From contig CAVKOQ010000001.1 in the NCBI GenBank assembly GCA_963657995.1, positions 471 through 64,470 on the forward strand: a DNA stretch of 64,000 bases. The letters are read 5' to 3'. The notes beneath the pieces are model-generated. The model saw nothing but the letters and a program-made list of their open reading frames with translations, ran no database searches and was not told the DNA's origin. This document shows positions 9,752 through 19,860 of the stretch, in pieces. The stretch comes from a bacterium (GTDB taxonomy: Bacteria; Bacillota; Clostridia; Lachnospirales; Lachnospiraceae). The translations under genes and the position numbers were made by a program. The stretch's first letter is position 1, and each line of letters opens with the position of its first letter.

Positions 9752-11272
9752 ATGAGGGAAAAATTAAATACGCTTCCTCTGTCACAGCTTAAAGAGATGG
9801 CAAAAGAACAGGGGATAAAAGGTATCAGCACCTTAAAAAAGGCGGAGCTAATAGATAAATTATGTGAAGTAGCACAGTCAAAGGAACACCGAAACACAGC
9901 TGGTACACGTAGAGAAAATAATGGAAGTAATAACCGTAATCAGGACAATTACAGTCAGAAAGCACAGATGCAGCAGTCTGATGTAGCACGAAATGATGTA
10001 GCACGAAATGAAGCAGCACGAAATGATACAACACGAAATGATACAGCACGAAATGATGCGGTGCGAAATGAGATAGCACGAAATGAAGCAGAGCGTGCAC
10101 GTGTGGAAGACCTTAAAAATGAATTTCAGGAGCTTGACAGCGGTGTTGAGGCAAATGGTATTCTTGAAGTTATGCCTGATGGATTTGGATTTATCCGTTG
10201 TGAAAATTATCTGCCGGGGGAAAATGATGTCTATGTGGCACCGTCACAGATCCGCCGTTTTAACTTAAAAACAGGCGATATTGTGAGAGGAAAAAGACGT
10301 GTAAAGTCGGCCACTGAGAAATTTGCTGCATTATTATATATCAATTCAATCAATGGCTATCCGACCAGTGTAGTTGAAAAACGATCGAATTTTGAAAATC
10401 TTACACCGATTTTCCCGAATAAACGTCTGCATCTGGAGTATCAGGGAGTAAAAGCTTCTACAGCGATGCGTGTGATGGATCTTTTATCTCCGATTGGAAA
10501 AGGTCAGAGAGGAATGATTGTTTCACCACCAAAAGCCGGTAAAACAACCTTGTTAAAGCAGGTTGCGACAACAATCACAAAAAATCATCCGGAAATGCAT
10601 ATGATTATACTTCTGATTGATGAACGTCCTGAAGAGGTGACTGATATCCGTGAGACAGTTACGGGAGACAATGTGGAAGTTATTTATTCTACATTTGATG
10701 AACTTCCGGAACGTCACAAACGTGTATCGGAGATGGTTATCGAGCGCGCCAAACGCCTTGTAGAACATGGAAGGGATGTTATGATCCTCTTAGACAGTAT
10801 TACCCGTCTTGCAAGAGCATACAACCTTGTAGTTCCGCCAAGCGGCCGTACACTTTCTGGTGGTCTTGATCCGGCGGCACTTCATATGCCGAAGAGATTT
10901 TTTGGTGCAGCCAGAAATATTCGTGAAGGAGGCAGCCTTACTATACTTGCGACAGCACTCATAGAGACAGGAAGCCGCATGGATGATGTTATTTATGAGG
11001 AATTCAAAGGAACCGGTAATATGGAACTTGTACTTGACCGCAAGCTCTCTGAAAAACGTATATTCCCGGCGATTGATATCCTTCGTTCCGGTACCAGAAG
11101 AGATGATTTGCTTCTTTCAGCTGATGAGGCAGAGGCAGTTGATATCGTGCATAAGGCGACCAATTCGCAAAAACCAGAAGATTCAGTTGAAAAGATTCTG
11201 GATCTGTTTGCCAAGACGAAGAATAATACAGAATTTGTAGAAATCACAAGAAAAAAACGTACATTCTATTAA
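9752..11272 (+). CDS. rho: transcription termination factor Rho with an N-terminal insertion domain
   Basis: Rho_N ([15 protein letters not shown]), RNP-like GFGFIR, Walker A PPKAGKTT, and Q/R-loop regions. About 95 aa are inserted between Rho_N and the CSD-like domain. Confidence 0.95.
   Translation: MREKLNTLPLSQLKEMAKEQGIKGISTLKKAELIDKLCEVAQSKEHRNTAGTRRENNGSNNRNQDNYSQKAQMQQSDVARNDVARNEAARNDTTRNDTARNDAVRNEIARNEAERARVEDLKNEFQELDSGVEANGILEVMPDGFGFIRCENYLPGENDVYVAPSQIRRFNLKTGDIVRGKRRVKSATEKFAALLYINSINGYPTSVVEKRSNFENLTPIFPNKRLHLEYQGVKASTAMRVMDLLSPIGKGQRGMIVSPPKAGKTTLLKQVATTITKNHPEMHMIILLIDERPEEVTDIRETVTGDNVEVIYSTFDELPERHKRVSEMVIERAKRLVEHGRDVMILLDSITRLARAYNLVVPPSGRTLSGGLDPAALHMPKRFFGAARNIREGGSLTILATALIETGSRMDDVIYEEFKGTGNMELVLDRKLSEKRIFPAIDILRSGTRRDDLLLSADEAEAVDIVHKATNSQKPEDSVEKILDLFAKTKNNTEFVEITRKKRTFY
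9980..10099 (+). repeat. seven perfect-length 15-bp tandem repeats plus a degenerate eighth, in frame within rho
   Basis: Units GAxxxxxxxCGAAAT encode [35 protein letters not shown] (EAERA). Read directly from the sequence. Confidence 0.95.
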
Positions 11273-11309
11273 TACGTAATTTGGAACATTTTTAACTATC
11301 CGTAAAAGC

Positions 11310-11338
11310 TTGCACAAGCTTACAACATATGGTATAAT
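11310..11338 (+). promoter_or_regulatory. putative strong sigma-A promoter of the SCIFF cassette (TTGCAC-17-TATAAT)
   Basis: TTGCAC at 11310-11315, a 17-nt spacer, and TATAAT at 11333-11338. Confidence 0.6.
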
Positions 11339-11381
11339 CTGTAAGATTTTATATACTAAAATAAATAAGGAGGACATAGAG

Positions 11382-11528
11382 ATGAAACACGTAAAAACCC
11401 TTAGCGAAGGCACACTGAAGAACAGCATGAAGAAAGGTGGCTGCGGCGAGTGCCAGACATCCTGCCAGTCTGCATGTAAGACATCCTGTACTGTAGGTAA
11501 CCAGAGCTGCGAGAATCAGAATCGCTAA
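11382..11528 (+). CDS. scfA: SCIFF (six cysteines in forty-five residues) ranthipeptide precursor peptide
   Basis: The 48-aa product is MKHVKTLSEGTLKNSMKKGGCGECQTSCQSACKTSCTVGNQSCENQNR. It has exactly six Cys in the conserved GGCGECQTSCQSACKTSC core. AGGAGG lies 7 nt upstream, and a radical SAM/SPASM gene follows immediately. Confidence 0.93.
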   Translation: MKHVKTLSEGTLKNSMKKGGCGECQTSCQSACKTSCTVGNQSCENQNR

Positions 11529-11596
11529 TTTGCAGTACTAAGACAAATTAGGCGTAAGCTGTGACTTTGCACAGGCAAACGCAGATTTGACACGGG

Positions 11597-11652
11597 GGCA
11601 GACAAGACGGAGCATAGTCCTAAAAGACTTCATAAGTTCCGGTTTGTCTGCC
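11597..11652 (+). other. stem-loop in the SCIFF-maturase intergenic region
   Basis: GGCAGACAAGACGG pairs with CCGGTTTGTCTGCC (9 perfect bp plus 4 more) around a loop of about 28 nt. No T-run follows. Confidence 0.5.
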
Positions 11653-11681
11653 TACCTATGTCTTGTAGAAGGAGAAAAACA

Positions 11682-13085
11682 GTGATTCACCAATATATAA
11701 ATAATGGATATTACATCGTGCTGGACGTAAACAGCGGATCTGTACACTCAGTAGATCCTCTTCTGTATGATGTGATTTCCTTTTTATCAGAGAGAATTCA
11801 GGACAGTGAGAAACCTTTTGAGATTGAAAAATCTGTTAAGGATGAGACTGTATCTGCTCTTAAGGACAAATACAGCGAAGAAGAGATAGGTGAGGCATTT
11901 GAAGACATTCAGGAACTCATCGATCAGGAACAACTTTTTACTGCTGATATCTATAAAAATTTTGTTATGGACTTTAAGAAGCGTCAGACAGTGGTAAAGG
12001 CACTCTGTCTTCATATAGCACACGACTGTAACCTTGCCTGTCAGTACTGCTTTGCAGAAGAGGGCGAATACCATGGACGCAGGGCACTGATGACATATGA
12101 GGTTGGTAAGAAAGCCCTGGATTTTCTTATTGCCAATTCCGGAAACCGTATAAATCTGGAAGTCGATTTCTTTGGCGGCGAACCGCTTATGAACTGGAAT
12201 GTGGTAAAACAGCTGGTAGAATATGGACGTTCCAAGGAGAAAGAACATAACAAGAAATTCCGTTTTACACTGACAACCAACGGTGTTTTGTTAAATGATG
12301 AGATTATGGAGTTTTGCAATCGTGAGATGGCCAATGTTGTGTTGAGTCTTGATGGACGAAAATCTGTCAATGACAAGATGCGTCCGTTCAGAAATGGAAC
12401 AGGAAGCTACGACCTGATTGTACCGAAATTCCAGAAATTTGCCGAGAAACGAGGCGTTAGGGATTATTTTGTTCGCGGTACTTTCACACACAATAACCTT
12501 GATTTTAGCCAGGATGTTTTGCATTTTGCGGATCTTGGATTTAAGAAAATGTCAGTTGAGCCGGTTGTAGCACCGGATGACGAGCCATATGCTATCAAAG
12601 AAGAGGATCTTCCACAGATTCTTGATGAATATGACAAACTTGCAGCAGAATATGTTAAGCGTCATAAAGAAGGACGTGGTTTTACATTCTTCCACTTCAT
12701 GCTCGATCTGACACAGGGACCATGTGTGGCTAAGCGCTTGTCCGGATGTGGCTCAGGTACAGAATATCTGGCAGTTACTCCGTGGGGAGACCTCTATCCA
12801 TGTCATCAGTTCGTTGGAAATGAAGATTTCCTGCTTGGAAATGTTGACACAGGCGTTACAAATACCGAAGTTCGAGATGAGTTTAAGCTTTGCAATGTAT
12901 ATGCGAAAGATAAATGTCGCGATTGCTTTGCAAGATTCTACTGTAGCGGTGGCTGTGCGGCAAACTCATATAATTTCCACGGATCCATCACAGATGCGTA
13001 TGATATCGGGTGTACGATGCAGAAAAAACGTATCGAGTGCGCGATCATGATAAAAGCCGCTCTTGCGGACGGCTCTGACGAGTAG
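11682..13085 (+). CDS. scfB: SCIFF radical SAM/SPASM maturase (thioether-forming)
   Basis: CNLACQYC (CxxxCxxC) radical SAM cluster motif and C-terminal SPASM Cys clusters (CRDCFARFYCSGGCAANS). A GTG start at 11682 has AGGAGA 6 nt upstream. The ORF is open from 11658. Confidence 0.9.
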   Translation: MIHQYINNGYYIVLDVNSGSVHSVDPLLYDVISFLSERIQDSEKPFEIEKSVKDETVSALKDKYSEEEIGEAFEDIQELIDQEQLFTADIYKNFVMDFKKRQTVVKALCLHIAHDCNLACQYCFAEEGEYHGRRALMTYEVGKKALDFLIANSGNRINLEVDFFGGEPLMNWNVVKQLVEYGRSKEKEHNKKFRFTLTTNGVLLNDEIMEFCNREMANVVLSLDGRKSVNDKMRPFRNGTGSYDLIVPKFQKFAEKRGVRDYFVRGTFTHNNLDFSQDVLHFADLGFKKMSVEPVVAPDDEPYAIKEEDLPQILDEYDKLAAEYVKRHKEGRGFTFFHFMLDLTQGPCVAKRLSGCGSGTEYLAVTPWGDLYPCHQFVGNEDFLLGNVDTGVTNTEVRDEFKLCNVYAKDKCRDCFARFYCSGGCAANSYNFHGSITDAYDIGCTMQKKRIECAIMIKAALADGSDE

Positions 13086-13104
13086 AGAACAAGGAGAAAG
13101 AGGA

Positions 13105-15270
13105 ATGAAGAACAAAAAAGGAAAGAGCCTCTTTGGGATGCTGATTCTTCTGATTGCCATTGCGGTATTCGGTTATTTTGGATATTCGACGATGAATCAG
13201 ATTAAGCTTGGCCTTGATCTGGCCGGCGGTGTTAGCATCACCTATCAGGCTAAGGAAGAGAATCCGTCCTCAGAAGATATGGCGGATACGATCTATAAAC
13301 TGCAGCAGCGTGTACAAAATTACAGTACCGAGGCTGAAGTTTATCAGGAAGGAAATAACCGTATAAATGTAGATATTCCGGGTGTATCAGATGCCAATGC
13401 TATTCTGGAAGAACTCGGAAAACCTGGATCACTTATTTTCATGGATTCCGATGGAAATCAGATTCTTGACGGTAAACAGGTTGCAAGTGCCAAGGCTGGT
13501 ATGACAGAGGACAGTACAACCGGCTCAAAGGAATACCTCGTATCCCTGACATTTACAGATGAAGGAAAACAGGCATTTGCTGATGCTACAACCAACAATG
13601 TCGGAAAGCCGATTTATATCATTTATGACAATCAGATCATTTCCGCTCCGACTGTTCGTGAGGCAATCACTGGTGGACAGTGCCAGATCGACGGTATGGC
13701 TGATTATGAGGAGGCCAACAACCTTGCATCGACAATCCGCATCGGTTCACTGTCACTTGAACTTGAAGAGCTGCGTTCCAACGTAGTTGGTGCAAAGCTT
13801 GGACAGGAGGCAATTTCTACCAGTCTTAAGGCAGGTCTTATCGGTTTTGCCATTGTTATAGTATTTATGATTGCAGTATATCTGCTTCCGGGTCTGGCAG
13901 CATCTTTAGCACTGTGCCTGTATGTTGGCCTGATTCTGATTCTTTTAGTTGCATTTGAGGTAACTTTGACACTTCCGGGTGTGGCAGGTATCATCCTGTC
14001 AATCGGTATGGCAGTTGATGCGAATGTTATTATTTTCACACGTATCAAAGAGGAGATTGGCCAGGGAACATCTGTAAAGAATGCCATCAAGGCAGGCTTT
14101 TCCAAGGCACTTTCCGCTATTATCGATGGAAACGTGACCACACTTATCGCAGCAGCGGTACTTTTCTGGAGAGGTTCAGGTACGGTCAAGGGCTTTGCTG
14201 CTACATTGGCAATCGGTATCGTACTTTCTATGTTTACCGCACTGTTTGTGACTAAGTTTGCACTGAATTGCCTCTATGAGATCGGTTTTGAAGATGCGAA
14301 ATTCTATGGATGCCGCAAGGATTTAAAGACACGTCCGTTCCTCAAATTCCGCAAGGTTTACTTTACTATTTCTGTAGCAATTATTCTGTTGGGAATTGGA
14401 AGCCTGGTTTATAACCAGAAATCTATTGGAGTACCGCTTAACTACAGCATGGAGTTCAGAGGCGGTACATCGACAAATGTTACCTTCAACGAAGATATGT
14501 CTCTTGAAGATATCTCATCCAAGGTTGTTCCGGTAGTAGAAGAGATCACAGGAGAGGCCGGAACTCAGACACAGAAAGTAGCCGGAAGCAATGAGGTTAT
14601 CATCAAGACTCGTACTCTTAATATGGAGGAACGTGAGCAGTTGAATCAGGCATTGGCCGATCAGTTTGGTGTTGATGAGGAAAAGATCACAGCTGACAGT
14701 ATTTCAGGTGCAGTAAGCGAGGAGATGAAGAGGGATGCACTTATAGCGGTCTCAATTGCTACAATCTGTATGCTGATCTACATCTGGTTCCGTTTCAGCA
14801 ATATCACATTCGCAGCTGGTGCGGTACTTGCACTGATGCATGACGTATTGGTTGTTTTAACCTGCTATGCTATGCTTCGTTGGTCAGTTGGTTCGACATT
14901 CATTGCTTGTATGCTTACGATTGTAGGTTACTCAATCAATGCGACAATCGTTATTTTTGACCGAATTCGTGAGAATACAAAGCTTTTGGGAAACAGAGAG
15001 TCTGCTGAAACGATTGTCAACACCAGCATCAGCCAGACGCTTACAAGAAGTGTCAACACTACACTTACGACATTTGTTATGGTTCTGATTCTTTATATTC
15101 TGGGTGTATCCTCCATTCGTGAGTTTGCACTTCCACTGATGGTAGGCCTTGTGTGCGGTACTTATTCATCCGTATGCCTGTCCGGATCTATCTGGTATGT
15201 ACTTAACAGAAAACGTATGGAAAATAATGTCAGACCGACCAGCAAAAAGTCTAAAAAAGAAAAAAATTAG
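13105..15270 (+). CDS. secDF: protein translocase subunit SecDF (fused)
   Basis: 721 aa with an N-terminal TM, a large periplasmic-type loop, then two blocks of about 6 TM each, matching the SecD and SecF halves. The ATG at 13105 has GGAGAAAGAGG upstream. Confidence 0.9.
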   Translation: MKNKKGKSLFGMLILLIAIAVFGYFGYSTMNQIKLGLDLAGGVSITYQAKEENPSSEDMADTIYKLQQRVQNYSTEAEVYQEGNNRINVDIPGVSDANAILEELGKPGSLIFMDSDGNQILDGKQVASAKAGMTEDSTTGSKEYLVSLTFTDEGKQAFADATTNNVGKPIYIIYDNQIISAPTVREAITGGQCQIDGMADYEEANNLASTIRIGSLSLELEELRSNVVGAKLGQEAISTSLKAGLIGFAIVIVFMIAVYLLPGLAASLALCLYVGLILILLVAFEVTLTLPGVAGIILSIGMAVDANVIIFTRIKEEIGQGTSVKNAIKAGFSKALSAIIDGNVTTLIAAAVLFWRGSGTVKGFAATLAIGIVLSMFTALFVTKFALNCLYEIGFEDAKFYGCRKDLKTRPFLKFRKVYFTISVAIILLGIGSLVYNQKSIGVPLNYSMEFRGGTSTNVTFNEDMSLEDISSKVVPVVEEITGEAGTQTQKVAGSNEVIIKTRTLNMEEREQLNQALADQFGVDEEKITADSISGAVSEEMKRDALIAVSIATICMLIYIWFRFSNITFAAGAVLALMHDVLVVLTCYAMLRWSVGSTFIACMLTIVGYSINATIVIFDRIRENTKLLGNRESAETIVNTSISQTLTRSVNTTLTTFVMVLILYILGVSSIREFALPLMVGLVCGTYSSVCLSGSIWYVLNRKRMENNVRPTSKKSKKEKN

Positions 15271-15278
15271 AGAAGATT

Positions 15279-16415
15279 ATGGAATATAAGATTTTATATA
15301 AAGATGGCCGTGCAAAACGTGCAGAAATGAAAACAGTCCATGGAACGATACAGACACCGGTATTCATGAATGTCGGTACCGTGGCTGCGATCAAGGGAGC
15401 TGTATCAACAGACGATCTGCACACGATCGGCACTCAGGTTGAGCTTTCCAACACATATCACCTTCATGTAAGAACCGGTGATAAACTGATAAAACAGTTT
15501 GGCGGTCTGCATAAGTTTATGAACTGGGATCGCCCGATTCTTACGGATTCTGGCGGATTTCAGGTTTTCTCCCTGGCAGGACTGAGAAAGATTAAAGAAG
15601 AGGGGGTTTATTTTAATTCCCATATCGATGGACACAAGATTTTCATGGGTCCTGAAGAGAGTATGCAGATTCAGTCCAATCTTGGGTCCACGATTGCCAT
15701 GGCTTTCGATGAATGCCCGCCGAGTCTTGCGGATCGCGACTATGTACAGAAATCAGTTGAGCGTACAACCAGATGGCTATCCAGATGTAAGACTGAGATG
15801 GCACGTCTCAACTCACTTGATGATACAGTCAACAGAGAACAGCTCTTATTTGGCATAAATCAGGGGGCAATCTACGAAGATATCCGTATCGAGCATGCTA
15901 AAGAGATCAGCAAGATGAATCTCGACGGTTATGCAGTAGGAGGTCTAGCAGTAGGTGAAAGCCACGAGGAGATGTACAGAATTCTTGATGCGGTTGTTCC
16001 ACATCTTCCTGAGGATAAGCCGACTTATCTCATGGGTGTGGGAACACCGGCCAATATTTTGGAGGCTGTCGACCGTGGAGTTGATTTCTTTGATTGTGTA
16101 TATCCATCAAGAAACGGACGTCACAGCCATGTATACACAAATCATGGCAAATTGAACCTTTTAAACAGCAAATACGAGCTTGATCCGCGCCCGATTGAAG
16201 AAGGCTGTGGATGCCCGGCATGCCGTTCATACTCACGTGCATATATCCGCCATCTTTTTAAAGCAAAGGAAATGCTTGGTATGAGATTATGTGTATTGCA
16301 TAATTTGTATTTTTATAATAAAATGATGGAAGAGATTCGTGATGCAATCGAACATCACTGTTATGCCGAATACAAAGAAAAAAAGCTCGCAGGTATGGCA
16401 GCGGAATCGAACTAA
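15279..16415 (+). CDS. tgt: queuine tRNA-ribosyltransferase
   Basis: LTDSGGFQVFSL active-site motif and the Zn site CGCPACRSYSRAYIRHL. Confidence 0.95.
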   Translation: MEYKILYKDGRAKRAEMKTVHGTIQTPVFMNVGTVAAIKGAVSTDDLHTIGTQVELSNTYHLHVRTGDKLIKQFGGLHKFMNWDRPILTDSGGFQVFSLAGLRKIKEEGVYFNSHIDGHKIFMGPEESMQIQSNLGSTIAMAFDECPPSLADRDYVQKSVERTTRWLSRCKTEMARLNSLDDTVNREQLLFGINQGAIYEDIRIEHAKEISKMNLDGYAVGGLAVGESHEEMYRILDAVVPHLPEDKPTYLMGVGTPANILEAVDRGVDFFDCVYPSRNGRHSHVYTNHGKLNLLNSKYELDPRPIEEGCGCPACRSYSRAYIRHLFKAKEMLGMRLCVLHNLYFYNKMMEEIRDAIEHHCYAEYKEKKLAGMAAESN

Positions 16416-16431
16416 AGGAGGAAATATACCT

Positions 16432-16713
16432 ATGAATTTGAGCAGTACAAGCGGAATGATCGTATATCTTGTGTTTATCATTGCTATCTTTTATTTTATG
16501 GCAATTCGTCCACAGAATAAAGAAAAGAAGAAACAGGCTGAACTGATGGCCACTGTAGCAGTTGGTGACAGTGTTCTGACTTCAAGCGGATTCTACGGCG
16601 TGATTATCGACATGACAGATGATACAGTTATTGTAGAGTTTGGAAGCAACAAAAACTGCCGCATTCCTATGCGTAAGGATGCAATCGTGCAGGTTGAGAA
16701 ACCGGAGTTATAA
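16432..16713 (+). CDS. yajC: preprotein translocase subunit YajC
   Basis: 93 aa with a single TM followed by RPQNKEKKK...GDSVLTSSGFYGVI, the YajC signature. AGGAGG lies upstream of the 16432 ATG. Confidence 0.9.
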   Translation: MNLSSTSGMIVYLVFIIAIFYFMAIRPQNKEKKKQAELMATVAVGDSVLTSSGFYGVIIDMTDDTVIVEFGSNKNCRIPMRKDAIVQVEKPEL

Positions 16714-16717
16714 TTTT

Positions 16718-16763
16718 GAAAAAAGAGGGTCGCATTTCGAAAGAAATATGCGATCCTCTTTTG
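16718..16763 (+). terminator. intrinsic terminator after yajC
   Basis: 12-bp stem AGAGGGTCGCAT / ATGCGATCCTCT flanked by an A-run and a T-run. Confidence 0.7.
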
Positions 16764-16956
16764 ATATGTAAAAAAACAGTGATACAATTCTTTCTACATT
16801 TGTAATAGCTGTCATGATAACTTAGAGTTATGGAATAAATTCCAAATTACTATACAGAGAAAATATGGTTTTCTTTTGTATAAGATTGAAAAATAACTCG
16901 TAATTGGATATGATAGAGAGTAATCGTTTTATTCACGAAACTAGGAGGTATTTATT

Positions 16957-18042
16957 ATGAATTGCAATATTACTGTGATTCCGGGTGATGGAATCGGACC
17001 GGAAATTGTGAGAGAAGCCTGCGGAGTGCTTGATAAGGTGGGATCTGTTTACGGTCATACATTTAATTATACAAAAATTCTGATGGGTGGCTGCTCAATT
17101 GACGAATATGGTGTTCCACTGACTGATGAGGCACTTAATACAGCGAAAAACAGCGATTCTGTTCTTCTTGGTGCAGTAGGTGGCAATGTAGGAAACTCAC
17201 GCTGGTATGATGTGGCACCGAATCTTCGCCCGGAGGCTGGTCTTCTTGCAATCCGCAAAGGCCTTGGTTTATTTGCTAATATTCGCCCGGCATATTTATA
17301 TAAAGAACTTGCAGATGCGTGTCCGCTTAAAAAAGAGATAATCGGCAGCGGTTTTGATATGGTTATCATGCGTGAACTGACCGGTGGTCTGTATTTCGGA
17401 GATCGTTATACTAAAGAGGTAGATGGCGTGACAACAGCGGTTGACACATTGACATATAATGAAAATGAAATCCGCCGCATCGCAATCAAGGCATTCGATA
17501 TTGCCATGAAACGTAGAAAGAGCGTTATCAGTGTTGATAAGGCAAATGTACTTGATTCATCAAGACTCTGGAGAAAAGTTGTAGAAGAAGTAGCTAAAGA
17601 TTATCCGGAGGTAAAATTGACTCATATGCTTGTGGACAACTGTGCTATGCAGCTTGTCATGAACCCGGGGCAGTTTGATGTCATTCTGACAGAGAATATG
17701 TTCGGAGATATTCTTTCAGATGAGGCGAGCATGATCACCGGATCGATTGGTATGCTTTCCTCAGCAAGTTTAAATGAGGGCAAATTTGGCCTCTACGAGC
17801 CGAGCCATGGCTCCGCACCTGATATTGCAGGAAAAGATATTGCAAACCCGATCGCAACTATACTTTCAGCAGCTATGATGCTAAGATACTCATTTGATCT
17901 GGATAATGAGGCCAAGGCTATAGAAGATGCAGTACAGCAGGTGCTGACAGAAGGTTACAGAACTGTTGATATTATGGCTGAAGGCTGCAAACAGGTAGGA
18001 ACCATAGAGATGGGCAAGCTTATCTGTGAGAGAATTAAGTAG
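16957..18042 (+). CDS. leuB: 3-isopropylmalate dehydrogenase
   Basis: [21 protein letters not shown] motif and the isocitrate/isopropylmalate dehydrogenase fold pattern. Confidence 0.9.
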   Translation: MNCNITVIPGDGIGPEIVREACGVLDKVGSVYGHTFNYTKILMGGCSIDEYGVPLTDEALNTAKNSDSVLLGAVGGNVGNSRWYDVAPNLRPEAGLLAIRKGLGLFANIRPAYLYKELADACPLKKEIIGSGFDMVIMRELTGGLYFGDRYTKEVDGVTTAVDTLTYNENEIRRIAIKAFDIAMKRRKSVISVDKANVLDSSRLWRKVVEEVAKDYPEVKLTHMLVDNCAMQLVMNPGQFDVILTENMFGDILSDEASMITGSIGMLSSASLNEGKFGLYEPSHGSAPDIAGKDIANPIATILSAAMMLRYSFDLDNEAKAIEDAVQQVLTEGYRTVDIMAEGCKQVGTIEMGKLICERIK

Positions 18043-18151
18043 AATTATTGCAAAAATAGATTAAATGCGATAATATTAAAAGATAACGTAAAGCTCGCCC
18101 CTGTTATCAGGGGCGTGTGTCGTCGAAATAGATAGAAGGAGACGAGAAAAT

Positions 18152-19828
18152 ATGAAAAGTGATGCAGTAAGAAAAGGGATGCAGCAGGCACCTCATCGTT
18201 CTTTGTTCAATGCACTCGGCATGACAGAGGAGGAGATGAACAAACCTTTAGTCGGTATCGTAAGTTCTTATAATGAGATTGTTCCGGGTCATATGAATCT
18301 GGATAAGATTGTAAATGCAGTTAAGCTTGGAGTGGCTATGGCCGGTGGTACACCGGTAGTATTTCCGGCAATTGCGGTATGTGACGGTATAGCTATGGGA
18401 CATATCGGAATGAAATATTCTCTGGTTACACGTGATCTGATCGCAGATTCCACAGAATGTATGGCACTGGCACATCAATTCGATGCACTGGTTATGGTGC
18501 CGAACTGCGATAAAAATGTACCTGGCCTTTTGATGGCAGCAGCTCGTGTTAATGTTCCGACAGTATTTGTAAGCGGTGGCCCGATGCTGGCAGGTCATGT
18601 AAAAGGACAGAAGAGAAGTCTTTCAAGCATGTTTGAGGCAGTTGGTTCATATGCAGCAGGCACTATGACAGAGGAAGATGTAAAAGAGTTTGAATGTAAG
18701 GTCTGCCCGACTTGCGGATCATGTTCAGGTATGTATACAGCAAACAGTATGAACTGTCTGACTGAGGTTCTTGGAATGGGACTTCAGGGCAATGGTACAA
18801 TTCCGGCAGTTTACTCCGAAAGAATCAAACTGGCTAAGCATGCCGGCATGAAAGTCATGGAGATGTATGAGAAAAACATCCGTCCTAGAGATATCATGAC
18901 GGAGAAGGCATTTTTAAATGCACTTACAGTAGATATGGCACTCGGATGTTCTACCAACAGTATGTTGCATCTTCCGGCAATCGCACATGAGGCAGGCATT
19001 GATCTCAATATGGAGCTTGTTAACGAGCTTAGCAAACGTACCCCGAACCTGTGCCATCTGGCACCGGCAGGTCCGACATACATGGAAGACCTGAATGAGG
19101 CTGGTGGCGTTTATGCAGTTATGAACGAGCTTTCTAAGAAGGATCTTCTGAATCTTGACTGTATCACTGCAACAGGAAAAACAGTTGGAGAGAATATCAA
19201 AAATTGTGTCAATAAGAATCCTGAAGTTATCAGACCTATTGACAATCCATACAGCCAGACTGGCGGTATTGCTATACTTAAAGGAAATCTGGCACCAGAT
19301 ACAGGCGTTGTAAAACGTTCCGCTGTAGCACCTGAGATGCTGGTACATCAGGGACCGGCACGTGTATTTGACTGCGAAGAAGATGCAATCGCAGCTATCA
19401 AGGGCGGAAAGATTGTCGCAGGAGACGTTGTTGTTATACGTTATGAAGGACCGAAGGGCGGCCCGGGTATGAGAGAGATGCTTAATCCTACATCTGCCAT
19501 CGCAGGTATGGGGCTTGGATCCAGTGTAGCACTTATCACTGATGGACGTTTCTCCGGTGCATCAAGAGGTGCATCCATAGGACATGTTTCACCTGAGGCA
19601 GCAGTGGGAGGCCCAATTGCACTTGTTGAAGAAGGAGATATCATCTCTATCGATATCAACAACAACTCACTGAACGTGCTTGTATCTGATGAAGAACTGG
19701 CAGAGAGAAGAAAGAAATGGCAGCCTAGAGAGCCGAAAGTCACAACAGGATATCTGGCACGTTACGCATCTTTGGTAACTAGCGGAAACCGTGGTGCAGT
19801 TTTAGAGGTTCCTAAGACACAGAATTAA
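18152..19828 (+). CDS. ilvD: dihydroxy-acid dehydratase
   Basis: CDKNVPG and [16 protein letters not shown] Fe-S motifs; 558 aa. Confidence 0.95.
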   Translation: MKSDAVRKGMQQAPHRSLFNALGMTEEEMNKPLVGIVSSYNEIVPGHMNLDKIVNAVKLGVAMAGGTPVVFPAIAVCDGIAMGHIGMKYSLVTRDLIADSTECMALAHQFDALVMVPNCDKNVPGLLMAAARVNVPTVFVSGGPMLAGHVKGQKRSLSSMFEAVGSYAAGTMTEEDVKEFECKVCPTCGSCSGMYTANSMNCLTEVLGMGLQGNGTIPAVYSERIKLAKHAGMKVMEMYEKNIRPRDIMTEKAFLNALTVDMALGCSTNSMLHLPAIAHEAGIDLNMELVNELSKRTPNLCHLAPAGPTYMEDLNEAGGVYAVMNELSKKDLLNLDCITATGKTVGENIKNCVNKNPEVIRPIDNPYSQTGGIAILKGNLAPDTGVVKRSAVAPEMLVHQGPARVFDCEEDAIAAIKGGKIVAGDVVVIRYEGPKGGPGMREMLNPTSAIAGMGLGSSVALITDGRFSGASRGASIGHVSPEAAVGGPIALVEEGDIISIDINNNSLNVLVSDEELAERRKKWQPREPKVTTGYLARYASLVTSGNRGAVLEVPKTQN

Positions 19829-19860
19829 ATGTATGTTAAGAAGGAAAGCAGGTTAGACAG

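Noticed and set aside
9980-10099. Tandem 15-bp repeats as a CRISPR-like or non-coding minisatellite
   Set aside because: The units are directly adjacent with no spacers, are in frame, and lie inside rho. They form a coding repeat.
11310-11381. 24-codon N-terminal extension of the SCIFF ORF in the track (72 aa)
   Set aside because: The extension overlaps the -35 and -10 promoter hexamers, and AGGAGG precedes the internal ATG at 11382. The 48-aa form matches the SCIFF family length.
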